Shown piece by piece: positions 1 to 12,342 of a stretch of 64,000 bases of DNA. How positions within the stretch are numbered: the first letter of the stretch is position 1; each line of letters opens with the position of its first letter. This DNA is from Paraspadella gotoi. Lineage: Eukaryota > Animalia > Chaetognatha. Location: positions 3,100,558 to 3,164,557 of the forward strand of contig CM119266.1 in NCBI GenBank assembly GCA_051294375.1, read 5' to 3'. The translations under genes were made by a program, and so were the position numbers. Under the pieces are notes generated by a model, which saw nothing but the letters and a program-made list of their open reading frames with translations, did no database searches and had not been told where the DNA came from.

Positions 1-446
1 ATCCATCTGCAGAATTAGCGGCGTTCTTCTTGATTCTGTGGAGTGAGCTTTTGCACTCTCTTGCATTTGTAGGGTTTCCACCGCAAGTCTTTTCGTAGTA
101 TTCTCCTTGTGGTAGAAAAAAAGATGTTGAGATCCCGGGAGGCAGTGCGGAGACTGTTTTTATCATTGTCCTCAAAGTATTCTTCCACGCGTTAAATATT
201 TTCCGCAGTCCAAACGGTATTGCACTGAACGCTTTTGTCTGGCACAATGGAGCCCTTGTTCTGGAATCTCTTGACCAGACGCTGAAAGGCCATTCTTGCC
301 GGAACTTTATGCTTGTTCTTGCACCTGAAGTGTACAATAAAGTCCCGTCGTAACTGCATCGGTGTCTTCAAAGAGCAGTTGCAAATAATCCATTGCGCTT
401 CGACTTCTGTAAATGGCGAGCTTTGCTGACTTTGCCATGTCGACAT
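1..446 (-). pseudogene. Decayed Tc1/mariner-superfamily transposase (DUF4817-type N-terminal HTH region), runs off the window start
   Basis: From ATG 446 one frame reads MSTWQ..FTEVEAQWIIC..QLRRDFIVHF..VPARMAFQRLVKRFQNKGSI..TAENI*RVEEYFEDNDKNSLRTASRDLNIFFSTTRRILRKDLRWKPYKCKRVQKLTPQNQEERR*FCRW. The 'RASRxL..ILRKDL..PYK...QKL...RxxFC' pattern is typical of this transposase group; two in-frame TAA stops. Confidence 0.85.
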
Positions 447-565
447 GTTGGGCGGAAAATTTGATTTGATGGCGTAAATGACCGATAAATCGATTGAAAT
501 CAATAGGTAAAACGTCCAACATTTTTCTTTTTAATTAAAAAAAACTGATCGAATCTATCTTTCTC

Positions 566-1999
566 CAGTGAAGAATGGCAGTGATTTGTTTCGTATCATC
601 GGATTTGACTCACAGGGTAAACCTCGAATTTTCTACTAACGAATATTACGTAAAAACATTTATTTCTTTATAGTTTGTAACTAGTCATAATAATAGTCAT
701 ATTTAAAGTAGCTCATAATGCCGAAAGTTACAAAAAAATAAGTTAAAAATTACACGTTAATCCAGTTATTGGATCGTCAAAACCTTTATCAAGCTCTGAT
801 TTACCTTTACTTCGTGACGTGCTTCAGGCATGTCTTTTCAAACAGGTGGTAATATAGTTGTTTATCCAATATGATTATAACTGATAATTATTTTAATATA
901 TTGTTAATAAACTTTTTATTAATATTTAGCTAAATTTTATTTTTGGGTGACGATTTAAGTAATATATTTATTAAAAGTTTCAAAAGTTGCGGTTTATCTC
1001 TCAATTTTTAAAAAATATGTGGTATTTATTTTAACTGAGGAAAGAGGGGAGAAGACTGGATCTGTTTTTCTTAGAGTGACAAGTGAAATTATTGCGCTAT
1101 ACCGAAAAACCAATTCTTCTCTTGCTGTTATGAACGAAGATTCTGTTTGTCTACGGACTTCTAAAGAATGGAATCTCACGACAGAGTTTCACCAAACTGC
1201 TAATTTCAAAGGCCAGAGAAAATGTTTTGATTATCGTTTGGATCATTTATTTGATGTACTCCGCTGTGTTTGATTAAAAGCTGTGATGATGAAACCGTTG
1301 AATGTGATAGTAATTGCGAGGAAAAAGCGCGTATTGAGTGCTCTTGCCCATGGGAAAAAAAAAATTCCCAAGGCAGAACTGTCCTTCATCAAAGATCAAA
1401 GAGAACGAGTCGGTTATCTCGGTAAATTACAGCTCAGGCGCCTCGATCAACAAGAAACAAAATAAATAACATTTTTTGTCTTCATTTTAAAGTTTTAAGC
1501 ATAATTTAATTATTTATTTAGTGGCGCTAATTCCTCCCATTTAGCTCAATTTTTCGGTTTTTTGGTATTTAGGAAAAACAGTTTTAATGTGGCAACGAAT
1601 TTTATTGACAAGTAAGTCGGACATGTTTCGACTCTTATAGAGTTAGAGTCTTCATTTTTGATAGAATAATTCATAATTTATAGAATTAAAACAATTTTAT
1701 AATATCAATATTTTATGTTTTAAATCATAAAATCTGTCAATATTATTTTAATTTTAGCAATAATATATAAAAAAAATATTAATTAAAACCGACATCTTTA
1801 ATTCCGTATATTGTTGATTTTTTTTGCATTTTTTGACTTTCGGTCGTATTATAAAGTGGCTTGGACGGGAAAACTGGGCGAGCGAATTTTAGTTTTTTAT
1901 ATCCTCGGTAATAAGTTTATATCTAAGTCAAAAAATCAAGAGGGCTCGAAGTTATAATTTTCATGTCTTGTATTTATACTCCGAGCTAGTGTCCACTGT
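566..1999 (+). mobile_element. Decayed, internally deleted DNA transposon with a Cc8K15.2-like Cys-rich transposase N-terminus; superfamily uncertain (CMC-like terminus)
   Basis: Broken + frames give PVIGSSKPLSSSDLPLLRDVLQACLFKQ (GT at 846), VTSEIIALYRK, LDHLFDVLRCV*, CDSNCEEKARIECSCPWEKK / KIPKAELSFIKDQR, matching the LFD..C.C..C.C..EKK.P..E..F..DQR motif as I recall it. The right end CCACTGT resembles a reverse-complement CACAGTGG terminus. Boundaries approximate. Confidence 0.6.
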
Positions 2000-2186
2000 T
2001 CAAAGCCCTCATTGCCAATCTGTGCACCAGTTCCAGTTCAGCCTTTGACGAAAGTCAAGTTTACTGAATCTATAACTAATTCCAACTCTCGATTCCGTTT
2101 AAAGGCGTCACCCCGAAAATAATCCCCTCGGAGACAACCAAGGGATTTTTCGGAAAACTGCGATTGTCGTCGTCGACGTCGATGAA

Positions 2187-2591
2187 TCAAAATTTAATTT
2201 CGAGGATGAATCGAATGCTGCGCGAGGGCGTCTGCTCCTCGAGCAGCCACTGCGTTACGCTACCGAATAATTGGTTCCTAAATAAGGATAAACTCGCGTT
2301 TTTTTGCTTCCTGCGGCCGAGAGTCATTGTCGGCCTGCAATTTTACCGACACGATGCACACCTCGTCGATGAAGTCGGCATCAGAGTCGCCAATCTGTCG
2401 GCAAAGGAGATCACGAGTTTTGCCAATTCGTGGGCCGAGATATTTCGGGCCAACGTTACCTATCGGGAGGAGAAGAGAGTGGAGGAGAAGAAAGAGGAAG
2501 TGGGAGAGGAAGTGGGAGAGGAAGAGATAGAGGAAGAGACAACTCACAAGGAAGCGTATGTCGAAATGGTCAGTCCAGTCTTTGTCATTCC
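2187..2591 (-). CDS. Last three exons (2591-2548, 2459-2347, 2277-2187) of an unidentified protein-coding gene
   Basis: GT-AG introns with matching phases (0, then 2) splice to xNDKDWTDHFDIRFLVTLARNISAHELAKLVISFADRLATLMPTSSTRCASCRNQLFGSVTQWLLEEQTPSRSIRFILEIKF*. The 2164..2718 + ORF is its antisense shadow. Confidence 0.75.
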
Positions 2592-3712
2592 CTTTGAAAA
2601 GAGAAATCCGACTGACTGCGTCGGTCTCGCTTGTCGCTCAACCGAATTTTGCGGGTTCAGGATGACAAAGTGGTGGGAAATGACAGAGGAAGAGGAAGTG
2701 AGGGGGGGGAGTGAGTGAGTGTCATTATGATTGGAAAGTGAAAGGAACCGAAGTGTATTGGCGATGGAGGGAAATTATTCTTGAGATATGCGAGCTATCA
2801 CTGCTAAGCTCATCAAGTTAGAGTAATTGTCTCATGTGTAAATATTAAAGATAAAATCTGGAAAGTTGCAATGTCAATTACGAATTATCTATTTCAGTAT
2901 TTTTCCTTTTGTTGGTTAAGCAATTTTGAACTTATTTTCGACATTGTGGTGATACGTCGTTTTTGAACTATTGTTTCTGTATTTTAGTTTTTGATTATAA
3001 CATAATGTGTCAGTTAAAATACTTTAAAAAATGAAATGATTGAAGGTTGAAAAGTGATTAAAATAATGAAAAACAACAATACAGAAGGAAGTACATACAT
3101 ACATACATAGATGTAGAAAGAAAAAAGTTTAAAAAGTTAAAAGTAATGAAAGAAAATGTTTTGAAACCTCGAGGTTTCGCCGAAAGGAGAGAGAAATAAA
3201 AAAGAACAAAAATTAAAAATCGATAAATTTTCTTTCTTCCTTTTTTTTTTAATTCTTTTTCATTAATTTTATCCAGATTTGAATTTTATTTTCTCGCGAG
3301 GAAGATAATTAGCGACGCGTCGGGGGAAATCAGAAGGTGCGCGGAAGTGTCCCATCAGTTCTTATCAAAAATTAGCAGCAAAGTCACAGTGTGGCTTGGC
3401 AGTCAAGTTACAGTGCGAGTATACAAGGGCTTACAATAAGGACAATGTCAATGACATTAATGTTAACAATATGGAAGTCGATGCCGAGAGTCCGTTGCAC
3501 AAAAGTGTAAAAACTTTGGATCTGAGACCATCCCCGGACACTACTGGATCCCCGACACTACTGGTCCCGTTCCGCACTCTCTGTGCATTAGCTCGGCAAG
3601 CAAGATAAAGGCAACAACAAGACTGCATTCTGACTAATCAAACGGCTTTTAAAATTTATGAAATGAAATTTATGAAACACAAATCAATTAATTAATTAAA
3701 TAATTAATTTAG

Positions 3713-3774
3713 GTCTTTTCGTCACGGACCGCGACGATGATGGGGACGACGACAATAATGACGATAACGATTAA
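3713..3774 (+). CDS. Short acidic terminal exon, paralogous to 30089-30013 (-)
   Basis: TTTAG acceptor, then (x)LFVTDRDDDGDDDNNDDND*; followed by an ATTG/ATTA-rich tail like the 30 kb copy. Confidence 0.45.
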
Positions 3775-3952
3775 TTCATTAAATTGAATGATTGATTTAT
3801 TGATTGATAAATTAATAAATTGATAAATAAATTGATTGATTGAAAAATTAAGTAATAAATGAATAAATTGATTGAATGAATAATTAATTGATTGATTAAT
3901 TGATTCAATCAAAAGTTTTTTTGTTTTTTCCATTTAAAGAAAGAGAAAAAGC

Positions 3953-4039
<87 letters not shown>

Positions 4040-4186
4040 GAGAATCAAAGATTAAGGAGAAAGGAAAAGAAATGAGATAAAAGGCGAAACGAATCGAAAC
4101 CGACTCGGACGAAAAGAGACAGAAATGAAACTCGGGATCTCGAAGGAAGAGAGAGAGAGAGCGAGTCAAAACCATTTTTGTAATAA

Positions 4187-4269
<83 letters not shown>

Positions 4270-4985
4270 CGCTTTTTATGGGCCGGAACAATAAAATCGG
4301 TTGTGAGGAGAAAAAAAAAAATGAAAGAAATTTGATTTTCTTTTTCTAATTTTAGAAAATTCATTCGTATCACTGATTTTCCATCGAATTAAAGAGAAGA
4401 AAATTGGAATAATGAATTTAGGAAAGAAAGATAAAAGGAAAGAAAGATAGAAAAGAAAAAGGATTCCGATGCACAGAAGCTCACGTTGTTTTAAAAAAAT
4501 AAATTTAAAAAATAAAAATCAATTTTCTAATTAAAATATCAAATTGAATAACTCAAATATAAAAAAGTCAGAAAATCATAAAATTTTAGCTTTTCTCCCA
4601 ACCATTTCCTAAGCCACGAAACACTTTTTTAAGAAACGATCAAAATTGATTCTTGACATCATCATCGTACAAATTAGACGTCAGAGAAATAAAAATTTGA
4701 TGATAAGAAACTCGGCGGTGATTTGATGGTTTTTCGTTTTTATCGTCGGTCGAATCGATTTTAAATGGGAATAACGCGATGCTGAAGGAAAACGAGAAAT
4801 TAAACGAATTACTTCAGATTTACGAACGAACCACAACGTAAATAATAATTTAACGAAAAAAACTGACAAAAAAAATCCAGTTTTTTTAAGCGAAAAAATA
4901 AATATTTAATTATTGTGATCTTTTGCTCGAAAGGATATTTATTATTTAATCCATTCAAATCGAAATCTTTCAGAAAATGATGAAA

Positions 4986-5016
<31 letters not shown>

Positions 5017-5395
5017 CGATGACGACGACGACGATGTCGGCCTTATATTAGGGCCAATCTTTGTCAATGGGGTGGGTCAGAAGTTTGACTTGGGATCCTT
5101 CCCAAATGAAACTTCATACATTTCTGAGAAAACTTTCAATGGACCAAAATTTTATAAAATGGCTAGGACTAGAAGCACTAGTAATTATTTTTTTAATATT
5201 TATTTATAGATAGGAAATGTTAAAAATTTTCTTGAATTTTGTATTTTTAAAAGCAGATTTAGATTCAGATAGGTTATGAAAAGTTGTCTGCACCAAGTAT
5301 AATTCTTTTTTAAATATTTTGATTGGGAAAATCCTTTAAAAATAAATCATCATCATCATTATCCGATGATTTTAATAATTTTTGCTAATTTTCAG

Positions 5396-5530
5396 TAATA
5401 AAACTTTAAACGACGACGAAGTCAACGATGACGACAACGACGACGACGACGAAGTCAACGACATTGACGACGACGACGACAACGACGACGAAGTCAACGA
5501 TGACAACGACGACGACAAAGTCAACGACAT

Positions 5531-5563
<33 letters not shown>

Positions 5564-5867
5564 AGACAACGATGATAAATTACCAGTTTGTACATCACAG
5601 GCATTTTACTTTTTCCCCTTTTTTTTCAGACTCGCGTCGTTCGATGCAAAATGATTAACGAAGAATTCGAAGCTAACGAGAAAAACAACAAAGTTAACAA
5701 CAACAACAACGCTCAAGCACCAGTTAATGATACATGTGAGGGCGAAAGATATTTAATAATAAATTTTTAAGAAGAATACATAAATATAAAAAATCCCCTA
5801 ATTCGAGCCGTCGGTAACAATGATGACGACGATGATGATGATAATTATGACGATGATGATGATAAAA
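5396..5867 (+). CDS. Spliced exons (5396-5585, 5630-5735, 5808-5867) of an Asp/Asn-rich acidic protein
   Basis: TTTCAG acceptors at 5395 and 5629, a 44-nt phase-0 intron and a phase-1 intron (GTGAGG donor, weak GAG acceptor) give NKTLNDDEVNDDDNDDDDEVNDIDDDD..DKLP|TRVVRCKMINEEFEANEKNNKVNNNNNAQAPVNDT|SVGNNDDDDDDDNYDDDDDK. Could partly be chance ORFs in GAC microsatellite. Confidence 0.45.
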
Positions 5868-6007
5868 GTAAATGAGAATATCATGGTCCGGAGAAACCGA
5901 AAAGTCAAGTTAAGTGAACAAACACAAACAGGTTAAACTTAAAGCGACAAGATATTTCGATTACTTTGGACTTTGACGTAACTCGCTCGAGGGCGTCTGG
6001 GAGGAAG

Positions 6008-6054
<47 letters not shown>

Positions 6055-6111
6055 TGAAAAAATAATGGACCTTAAAACAAAAGAACAAAAAACAATTAAA
6101 AAGACCAACAT

Positions 6112-6164
<53 letters not shown>

Positions 6165-6224
6165 TGATCGAAAAAAATCATCAGACGAAATAGAAAAAAA
6201 ATTAAATGACGAAGAATCGAAATC

Positions 6225-6293
6225 ACAAATGAACGAAATGATGAACAAATGAACGAAATGATGAACAAATGAACGAAATGATGAACAAATGAA
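6225..6293 (+). repeat. 20-bp tandem repeat CAAATGAACGAAATGATGAA x3
   Basis: Three direct copies read by eye. Confidence 0.85.
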
Positions 6294-6532
6294 GGAAAGA
6301 ATTCATAAATTGAAAAATAATTAGCAACGAACTAATGACCGAGAAAAAAATATACAAATTTCAAAATTATTAACAAACAAACAAAAAAAAAGGAAAAATT
6401 GTAAAAAAAAAAATGGTAGAAAATTAATTTGGGAGTAAAGCAGAACTGGAAGAGAAAAGAGAGAAGAAAGAAATGATAAAAAAGCAAAAAGAAAAGCAAA
6501 GAGAAATTGAAGAAGAATAAATTCACCCGACA

Positions 6533-6574
<42 letters not shown>

Positions 6575-6631
6575 CTGCTCTGCTGTCTCTCATCTCTCGC
6601 CTCTCTCTCACCCCGCCTCCTTTTACTTCAG

Positions 6632-7046
6632 GCCAAAAGAAATCTTTGCATTCAATTTACCAGAACGAATTTATTTTGCCTTTTTTCGCTTGAGCTTCGC
6701 CGGCGTCTCTCTCTCATGGCTATACTGGGCAAGAAGGCCTGGCGAATCTGCGCAAGCCTCCGGGAGGGCAGCGGCGCGCGGAGCGGCCGATCGGCTTTTC
6801 CCTGCTTCGACTTACTTCGCTCGCTTCATCTTACTCCTCTTCCTCTTCCTCTCGCTATCTGCCGCGGATCCGCGGGCGACGGCAGAGTCGGATCCGATCG
6901 GAGCTGCAGCGGGCGAACTTTACTGGCTTTCTGCTGCTCTCTTAGCGCGGGCCTCGTCACCGCCGAGGCTGCTTTCTCTCTGCTCCGAGCGGATCGATCA
7001 TGGGTTCGCGCGTGATTCGCCGGGAGTCTGCTTTTACAGAGATAAG
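6632..7046 (+). CDS. Candidate GC-rich internal exon with hydrophobic segments
   Basis: TTTTACTTCAG acceptor, open frame PKEIFAFNLPERIYFAFFRLSFAGVSLSWLYW..FILLLFLFLSL..ELYWLSAALL..GVCFYRDK, then AAG|GT; GC island in AT-rich flanks. No family recognised. Confidence 0.4.
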
Positions 7047-8892
7047 GTCCTTTTTTGAAATATTACGATTATTGTAGGGTCATTTCAGCGTTGTCAAAAA
7101 GAAAGAAAAAAGAAAGAAAGAAAAAATTAGAGAAGAAATAAAAAAGAAAGGAAAAAAAATATTAAAAAATTTAGACAACAATTTTTTTTAATATTAAGAT
7201 TTTGAGGTTAAAATTATTAATGATTAATAAAAAAGATATCTAACAATATGATTAAATATGGCCGAAAACAATTGAAAACTATGATAAAGATAGAAAATTA
7301 TCGCAATGAGATGATATATATTAATTTGCATTTTTGTTAGTAAATGAGTAGAAAAATTTTAAAAAAAGTCAAGTAGAATCAAATTCGAGCCTTGCAGCTG
7401 TGAATATTTTTAAATAATGTTTTTTTAATTTTTAATTTTCGCAGAGCCCATATTTATATATATATTATACTATATAGTAACATTAATTTAAATTTAATTC
7501 GATGTGCTAAATATAAAATTTTCCAAAAAAGTCTAGCAGCAGGTTTTTTAAGGTTGGTCTTTTGTCTCAGAAAGCTTCCTTAGTGCCGTAACTGTTTTGA
7601 AGAGGGTCGCCTTAAGCTTATAGCGCAGGAGTGTTAGCAAAGTTGAAACAAAAAGCCGTCGTGCAAAAACATTTTTGTCTGGAAATGCCTAAGCTGACTA
7701 CTACTACTACTACTGACTTTTAATTAATTAATCGCATTTATAATGCAGGTTAATAAATACAGTATAATTTTTCTTGTTTTGTATTTCCTGTAATTAAGGT
7801 GGAGATATCTGCTGAGTAAACCTTTAGGATAGAGACGTAAGTTGTGGCTTCATTTTGAAACCCGACATGTGACAGTGATCTGGACATTATTCAAGTTTTC
7901 GCAACTGCAATTCTAAAATGTTCTTTAGTATTATCTTCTCGGCGCCCGAATGAGGTCCTTTGAATTTGAGCATGGCAAACTTTATGATTTTCCTTTACCT
8001 TTTATATTTCAACAAATTCACAATCAATTAAAAACCTTAGGTAATTTAAAAAAAAGCATAGTATGCAAATGCAGGCCTAATTGTCAGCTCATATTGAAGT
8101 TGGTATGCGACTTCAATATTTTTTTAATTCCTAGTTACTTTTTAACTTCTCAAATTAATAAAAAGATTTCTTTTTTTAACAAATGTTTAACAAATTTTGT
8201 TATTTTTGAAAAGCTTTTTTTCTAATTTAGAATATATTGTTTGTAATTGGATTCAGCTTGGATTTCTTTGTTTTTTTCTTGGTTGTGTTTTCAAATTGGT
8301 CATTCTAAGAAGCTTTATTTTTACTTGCAATTCATTATTATTTTTCGGGCCTTATAGAGAAAGAGAAAATTTGTTTGAAATACTTGAATACTGCTAATCC
8401 TAAAAAGAGAACGTCGTAATTAAAGTTAGTGTTAGTTTTTCTTTGAATTACATTGAGAGCCAAAAAATGAAACCACAAAAACTTATCAGCAAAATTAGTT
8501 TATTATTCTACAAAAAAATTATTCAAGTTAATTTGAATAAGTTTGATGAGAAATTAATGAGAAGAGAGAATGAACAAAATATACATAAAAAAACAAAGAG
8601 ATAGAAAGAGAGAGAGACGGCAAGAGCAAGAGAGAGAGAGGAAGAGAGAGAGAGAGTAACGAGAGATGAGAGAGAGAGAGAAAGAGAGAGAAGAGTGATT
8701 ATCCGGCCCCGATCCGCGTCGGACTTCGCACGGCGAAGAAGCCCGAGCCTCCCATGCGAAGAGAGAAAATCCTCCGCGAGTGCGAGCGGAAGAAAGCCGG
8801 AAGGAGGAAGTTGAGTTCGATCGGAAGCGCGCGCGCCGGCCGGCTCCGGTCTACGGCTGCGCAGTTCGGGGAGAGCTGAGTATATGACTCTG

Positions 8893-8928
<36 letters not shown>

Positions 8929-10661
8929 GTCCAGCTCTCTTGGAAAGATTTCATGAAACATGTTTAGGATAAAAACTCTACCCGATTTTCGTTTATATTT
9001 TTAAATACTTTTCAACTTGTGAATATCGTTTTGTAAATTGATGTAGCTTTTAGGGGCACAATGTAGCCAAAGCCCCGTTTCTTTAATACAATTCAATTCA
9101 ATTCTGTGAAGATTATGACCGAAATAATATTTTGCTTTTTAATTTTTTTCTAAGTACTTAAAAACTGAAAAATCGTCATTGAACATTTTCGGTATATAAT
9201 TAGACATTAACAATTTTTCTATCAGTCTATTTTTTAGTTAGAACCTTATAAATATCTTCGCTACTTTCGATGTCTAAAAGAATTTATTTTATTTTATCAT
9301 AAACAAATGAATAAAGAATGAATAAAAAATGAATAACAAATGAATAAAAAATGAATAACCTCCCGAAAGGTTTTTCGCCTTCGGTCCACTCGCGGTTGAC
9401 TGTCGAGTGATTCCCCTTTTTTATTCCTTTTGATTTTCTTTATTTTATTTCGTTTTATAAATAAAATAAACAAATCGAGATTTCTTTTTATCTCTGCCTT
9501 TTCTGCCGATAAGGTGGCTCAAGAAGCAAAGAATAAAGGATAAAGGATATGTAAGTTCCAATAAGAACCATGGAATGGATTTACATTAGGGCGTCATTAA
9601 AAATCAAAATTAGAAATTGAAATAAAAATCACAACTAAAAATTACAAATAAAGTTAAAAATCTCCACTTTGTTTGACCTTTTTTGACCCAGAACACCCCC
9701 AATTCATCTAAAGAGAAAGGCTACTAATCTTAAACTTAAAAATAAGTTATTTTTAAGGTTCAAAGATTAGGATCAAGATTAGGGATATGGATTAGTTTAA
9801 AGATTTAGGATTAGGTTAGTGATTAGGATTAGGAATTAAGAAACAGAAACGGGACGCTTTTGAAAAAGAGAGCCACTCTTTTCATATTTAAGATTTTCTT
9901 TTAATCTAATTTATTAAAATTTATTAAAATTAATAACAAAAACGATATTAACGGTATTAATAAACGATATTAAAGAATTTTTTTTAAAGAAATAATTTCC
10001 ATAAATATTCTACTTTTATCACTTATTTTTTAAAGATGAAATGAAGAAAATTTTCAGTTTGGGCCCCCTAATAGGGGCCTTATTCTTCCGCCATTCACAT
10101 CATTCGTCATCACAAGAAAATCGGATTCGTTTAAATAAAATTTTTTATTCAAAATAAATTAAACTATTCCGTCATCCACATTTTTCGTTTACTCTCAATC
10201 AATCGTTATCAACACGTTTATTATCCATTTTTTTAACATTACCTTAATTATATCCAAATTAAAATAAAGCTCAAAGGAGACTCTGTATTCAGCTGAAGTT
10301 CTTTTCTGATTTGTTCCAGGATCCATTTAAAACGGACGGACGGACAGAGAGACAGAATGGACCGTTTCAAGGACGGGAGGACGAATCGGGGATTAATACA
10401 TTTCAGGGTTTTGTTCTTTTACGGTTGTGGACCATCAACATCTTTTTCAAAGTACAGTATTTTCAAATTCTCTCATACTTATTCTACGCATAATATTTAT
10501 TTACACACTTTTACTAAACTTATTTTACCATATTCCTTCGCACGGAATCATCTATCCATGTAACTAATTCTGATATATTTTTCTTTTCAACTTTTTTCCG
10601 ATTGTCTTCTCCTTCTTTCTCTAACATTCTTTCATTTCTTCTTCCTTCTTAATTCTTTGTA

Positions 10662-10744
<83 letters not shown>

Positions 10745-10887
10745 AGACGGCCAATGATGTTGATTGTTGTGACGGTTGTTGATGCTGGAGTTGGATGGAA
10801 TCTTGAAGGTGAAAAGCGGAAATAAGAGGAGGGGGCGTCAACTGAGCTTCAGTCTGAGGAGTGAGGAGTCATCAACGTCGTTCGTCG

Positions 10888-10921
<34 letters not shown>

Positions 10922-11037
10922 GCGCCCTTATTATCGGCATCGTAATGTTTGTCCTCAACTCTGACAGTCCGTCCGTCCGCCCGTCCGTCATTCTCATGTC
11001 CGACCGTCCGTCTTCTTTTCTCTTCTTTTTTTTCTTG

Positions 11038-11068
<31 letters not shown>

Positions 11069-11559
11069 CTTTTCTTTTCTTTTCTTTTCTTTTCTTTTCT
11101 TTTCTTTTCTTTTCTTTTCTTTTCTTTTCTTTTCTTTTTTACTCTGCAACCCAATGTCTTTGAGAATCTTGAGTGGAAAGAACCAGAAGAAAAGAAAATT
11201 TTTTTTTCCAAACGTAAAGTCTTGCGCTCAGGAAAAAGTAGGCGTGGCTGGAGTTAAACCTGAGGTGGAAAGCGGTGGTCATTATCGTCGTCGTCATCAT
11301 CGTCGTCGTCGTCATCGTCGTCGTCGTCATCGTCGTCGTTGAAGTTGATACGAAAAATCAGTCAGATTCTGACTTCCAGCATTAAAATAAATAAATAAAC
11401 AAGGAAAAGTTATTCCAAGGTGTTGCGCCGCATTATTTTTTTAAAACTTTTTTATCCCTTTTATTTCCGAGAAAATACGACACTCTCTGCATAGTAATCG
11501 CATCTTTTATTCCTTATAGATTTTTTTAAAAACAAAAGGCGGCGCTAGTAGTCGCTTAG

Positions 11560-11703
11560 ATTTGAGGTTTTTTCCTGTTTTAACAAATGAGCAATGAACT
11601 ATAGGCAAGTGATAAGCGTTTTCAACGACATACCGACCGACCGACCGAGAGACCGACCAAAAATTGAGTTGCTCCGCGAGTACTCGCGGCGTAACTAAAA
11701 AAT
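11560..11703 (+). mobile_element. Helentron/DINE-1 (HINE)-like element end
   Basis: (CCGA)n microsatellite at ~11633-11658, then a hairpin AGTT..CCGCGAGTACTCGCGG..AACT (perfect 16-bp palindrome 11674-11689) and an A-run. Confidence 0.6.
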
Positions 11704-12342
11704 AATGAGCTAATGTTACAAACCTAAAAAAATAATTCGGTTTTTTTAATTTTCTTTCTTTTCACAAATTAAACCAATTAAGGTTAAATAAAGAACTTTA
11801 TTTTATTCCTCCTTGAGCAAAACATCAACAACAACAACAACAAAATCAGAAATAAACAACAAAACAACGAAACAAAGAAACAAAATGGTTGGATTCGTTG
11901 ACTAGAAGTGAGAGGGCTAACGAGAACACAGATCAATGAGGGTGAAGAACGAGGTAGAAGAAGGAGAGAGAGAGAGAGAGAGAGAGATTTCTTTCTCGAC
12001 GTTAGTGTAATTTTTATTCTTGTGCAATTGAAGTCGCAGGAGTTGATATAAATCTCTGTCGAGGGCTGTTCGAACTCTCTGCTCTCTCTTATCTCTCTCT
12101 CTTCGGTCTCTCTTCTTCTCTCTCATCATCTCTCTCTCTATCGTCTGCTTGTTCTCTCTCCCGTCTCTCTGTGTTCGTCCTCCTCTGGCCTCCTCTTATC
12201 TTCTCTCTCTCTGCTGCCCTATGCTGCGTGCTCTCTTTTCTCTGCTTATATCTGTCTTTCCTCTCTCTCTCTCTCTTTTTCAACTTTCCTGCTCTATTCT
12301 CTCTCTCTCTTTCCCCGNNNNNNNNNNNNNNNNNNNNNNNNN

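Noticed and set aside
2164-2718. 184-aa + strand ORF
   Set aside because: Antisense to three well-spliced minus-strand exons; its Glu-rich part is intronic GA sequence.
5160-5225. Match to 57757-57815 (CTAGAAGCACTAGTAATTA..)
   Set aside because: Short dispersed repeat fragment with no definable ends; not classifiable.
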